Positions 62,396 to 64,000 of a DNA stretch of 64,000 nucleotides are shown here, piece by piece. Each line of letters starts with the position of its first letter. The first letter of the stretch is position 1. The stretch is from a virus, in IMG/VR virus record IMGVR_UViG_3300043787_000133, positions 3,667-67,666 of that record; one strand, written 5' to 3'. The notes beneath the pieces were generated by a model. The model did no database searches. It had not been told where the DNA came from and was given only the letters and a program-made list of their open reading frames with translations. A program made the translations under genes and the position numbers.

Positions 62396-64000
62396 GCGTT
62401 CCCTCCCCGACTACCCGGGCGAAGTGCTCGGGCCGGATGTCGTCCGCGTCGATGTCGTAGTAGTGCTCTGGCTCGCCGTCGCGCCCAGGCCACTGGTGAA
62501 CGATACTGCGCGGTACCCGCAGGTGCAGCGCCGCCTCCCCGTAGTCCGCTCCGGTCGCACCGTTAACGCCGGGCGGCAGGTTGGTGCCGTACACGCGGTT
62601 GTACTCGTCGAACGGCTCGAAGCGCTTCTGTTCCCAGATCTCGCGGGCAGACTCCGGGCTGGTGTGATGGTAAACGTCCACCAGGTCATCGGCGACTGCC
62701 TCGCGCTGCATCTCCTCGCGCTGGGTGACCTCGCGCGCTACCCGGAGGGGGTGAACGGACTGGTGGCTGTAGGGCGCCCAGGGAAGCTGCTCGTCCTGCC
62801 CCCACTCCCCGGTGGGCTGCACCTCGTACACGTAGTGTGGTCCCGGCTCGTCGTGCACCCACCGTCCGTTCTCCTTGTCGTACCAGGTGGAGTGGCGCGA
62901 GGCGGCACCCTTAGCCGCTCCCTCTGCGTGCCCGTAGTTCTCAGTGAAGTAGACGTGCCGAGGGTCGCTGCCAGCATTCACCCGCTGCCGACGGGGGATG
63001 ATCAGTTCTCCAGGGCTCAGCTTGGAATCGGTACCGTGGAAAAACCGTGGCTCCGATGCTGCCTCGCGCTGCATGCCTCCGGTCAGCGGGAAACTTACCG
63101 CCTCGTCCCCGCGCTTGACATGCACCCGGTCAAAGCGCACCATCACCGCCGGGTGCGGCGCGGGCAGCGAGTCTCCCTCCTCCATGTACGAGAGGGTGAC
63201 GTGCGGGCGCCAGTCCTTGTGCTCGCTGGCCGACAGGTCCTCCAGCGCCCGGCGCAGCAGGCCGACGCTGCCGATGTAGGCGGGCACGAACGCGACCACC
63301 TTGCCGTCGCTGGACTTGCTCGGCGGGAAGACGTCGATGCCCCGCAGCACACCGTCCATCGGCGCGAGCCTCGCGGCGGCTGCCTTCGTACGGCGGCAGG
63401 CCTCCTCGAACGCCTCGTCGCTGACGTTCTTGCCGAGGTACACCAGGGTGACGTGGTGATCATCCACCCCGCCGGGCACCGGCCGCACGGTACCCGGCGG
63501 GAGATCGAGGTAGATCATCCCCGAGCGGCCGGTCAGGCCGTCGTAGCCGCTGACTGCCTCCCTGTGGTGGAACCAGTCGTCCGCGTCATCGTCCTCATCA
63601 TCATTCTCGTGCCAGGTCACCTCAACCGGGTGCCTGGTCCGAACCGCCTTCTCGTCGTGCGGGTCGGGCTCGACCGGCCCGTGGGGGCTCACCTCGTACA
63701 GGTGCTGCTCCGGGTAGCCCTGCTCCCACAGGTTGTACCTGTACGTTTCGGCGTGGTCCCGGTCGTCAGTCATGTAGACGTGCTCGCCTGACGACTGGCC
63801 CGGGAAGTTCACTTGTCCTGCCCCCTGCGGCGTGAGCATGTGACCGCGAGGGAAGCGCGCGTAGCTGACGTGATAGTAGGTGGGCTCTTCCGGCTCCGCC
63901 GCCGCCTCACGCTCCATACGGTTCGGCCCGGACAGGGGGAAGCTGGTCACCTCGCCGTTCCGCTCGACGTGCAGGTGGGTGAACCGGACCGGCACCTCCG
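62388..64000 (-). CDS. 5'-truncated polyprotein of 2H-phosphoesterase and Arr-like ADP-ribosyltransferase modules
   Basis: HVTL x2 (2H); YYHVS/FFHGT...HVY(M/F)T...YEV.P.G (Arr-like ART) x2; YHHTS module; REA(A/V) linkers. Confidence 0.85.
   Translation of the reverse strand, partial: EVPVRFTHLHVERNGEVTSFPLSGPNRMEREAAAEPEEPTYYHVSYARFPRGHMLTPQGAGQVNFPGQSSGEHVYMTDDRDHAETYRYNLWEQGYPEQHLYEVSPHGPVEPDPHDEKAVRTRHPVEVTWHENDDEDDDADDWFHHREAVSGYDGLTGRSGMIYLDLPPGTVRPVPGGVDDHHVTLVYLGKNVSDEAFEEACRRTKAAAARLAPMDGVLRGIDVFPPSKSSDGKVVAFVPAYIGSVGLLRRALEDLSASEHKDWRPHVTLSYMEEGDSLPAPHPAVMVRFDRVHVKRGDEAVSFPLTGGMQREAASEPRFFHGTDSKLSPGELIIPRRQRVNAGSDPRHVYFTENYGHAEGAAKGAASRHSTWYDKENGRWVHDEPGPHYVYEVQPTGEWGQDEQLPWAPYSHQSVHPLRVAREVTQREEMQREAVADDLVDVYHHTSPESAREIWEQKRFEPFDEYNRVYGTNLPPGVNGATGADYGEAALHLRVPRSIVHQWPGRDGEPEHYYDIDADDIRPEHFARVVGEGTHG

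Noticed and set aside
62700-63060. Functional rifampin-resistance gene arr
   Set aside because: Arr-like fold only, embedded as repeated modules in a phage polyprotein; substrate cannot be inferred

Overview
High-GC segment of a large actinobacterial phage or prophage whose head genes resemble those of the Bxz1/cluster C mycobacteriophages. No host housekeeping genes, integrase, rRNA, canonical tRNA or CRISPR array are visible. The minus strand carries scattered morphogenesis blocks: major capsid (7961-8989), decoration protein, prohead protease/scaffold (11484-15662), several very large modular internal proteins, beta-helix and Ala/Gly-repeat fibre proteins, portal (29783-32071) and a holin-like membrane triad. 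Between these lie islands of short genes (WhiB, NUDIX, cytosine methylase, UDG, HNH, vWA, DUF397), most headed by a SigA-type promoter containing the same 17-bp motif TACAGCTTTTCTTGATA (15 copies found). The most unusual observations are: (1) two tandem circularly permuted tRNA-like (YrlA/Y-RNA-like) modules at 2076-2362, directly upstream of a conserved uncharacterised protein, with no Ro60 gene in the window; (2) a polyprotein of 2H-phosphoesterase and Arr-like ADP-ribosyltransferase modules separated by a repeated REA(A/V) linker, part of a wider R-x-x-A motif pattern in head-associated proteins; (3) a 713-bp cassette bounded by inverted repeats and CTAG, with its own operator-controlled promoter; (4) two free-standing homing endonucleases inserted at the ends of head genes, leaving duplicated or recoded sequence. 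Family names are from recognition of motifs by eye and need HMM confirmation.
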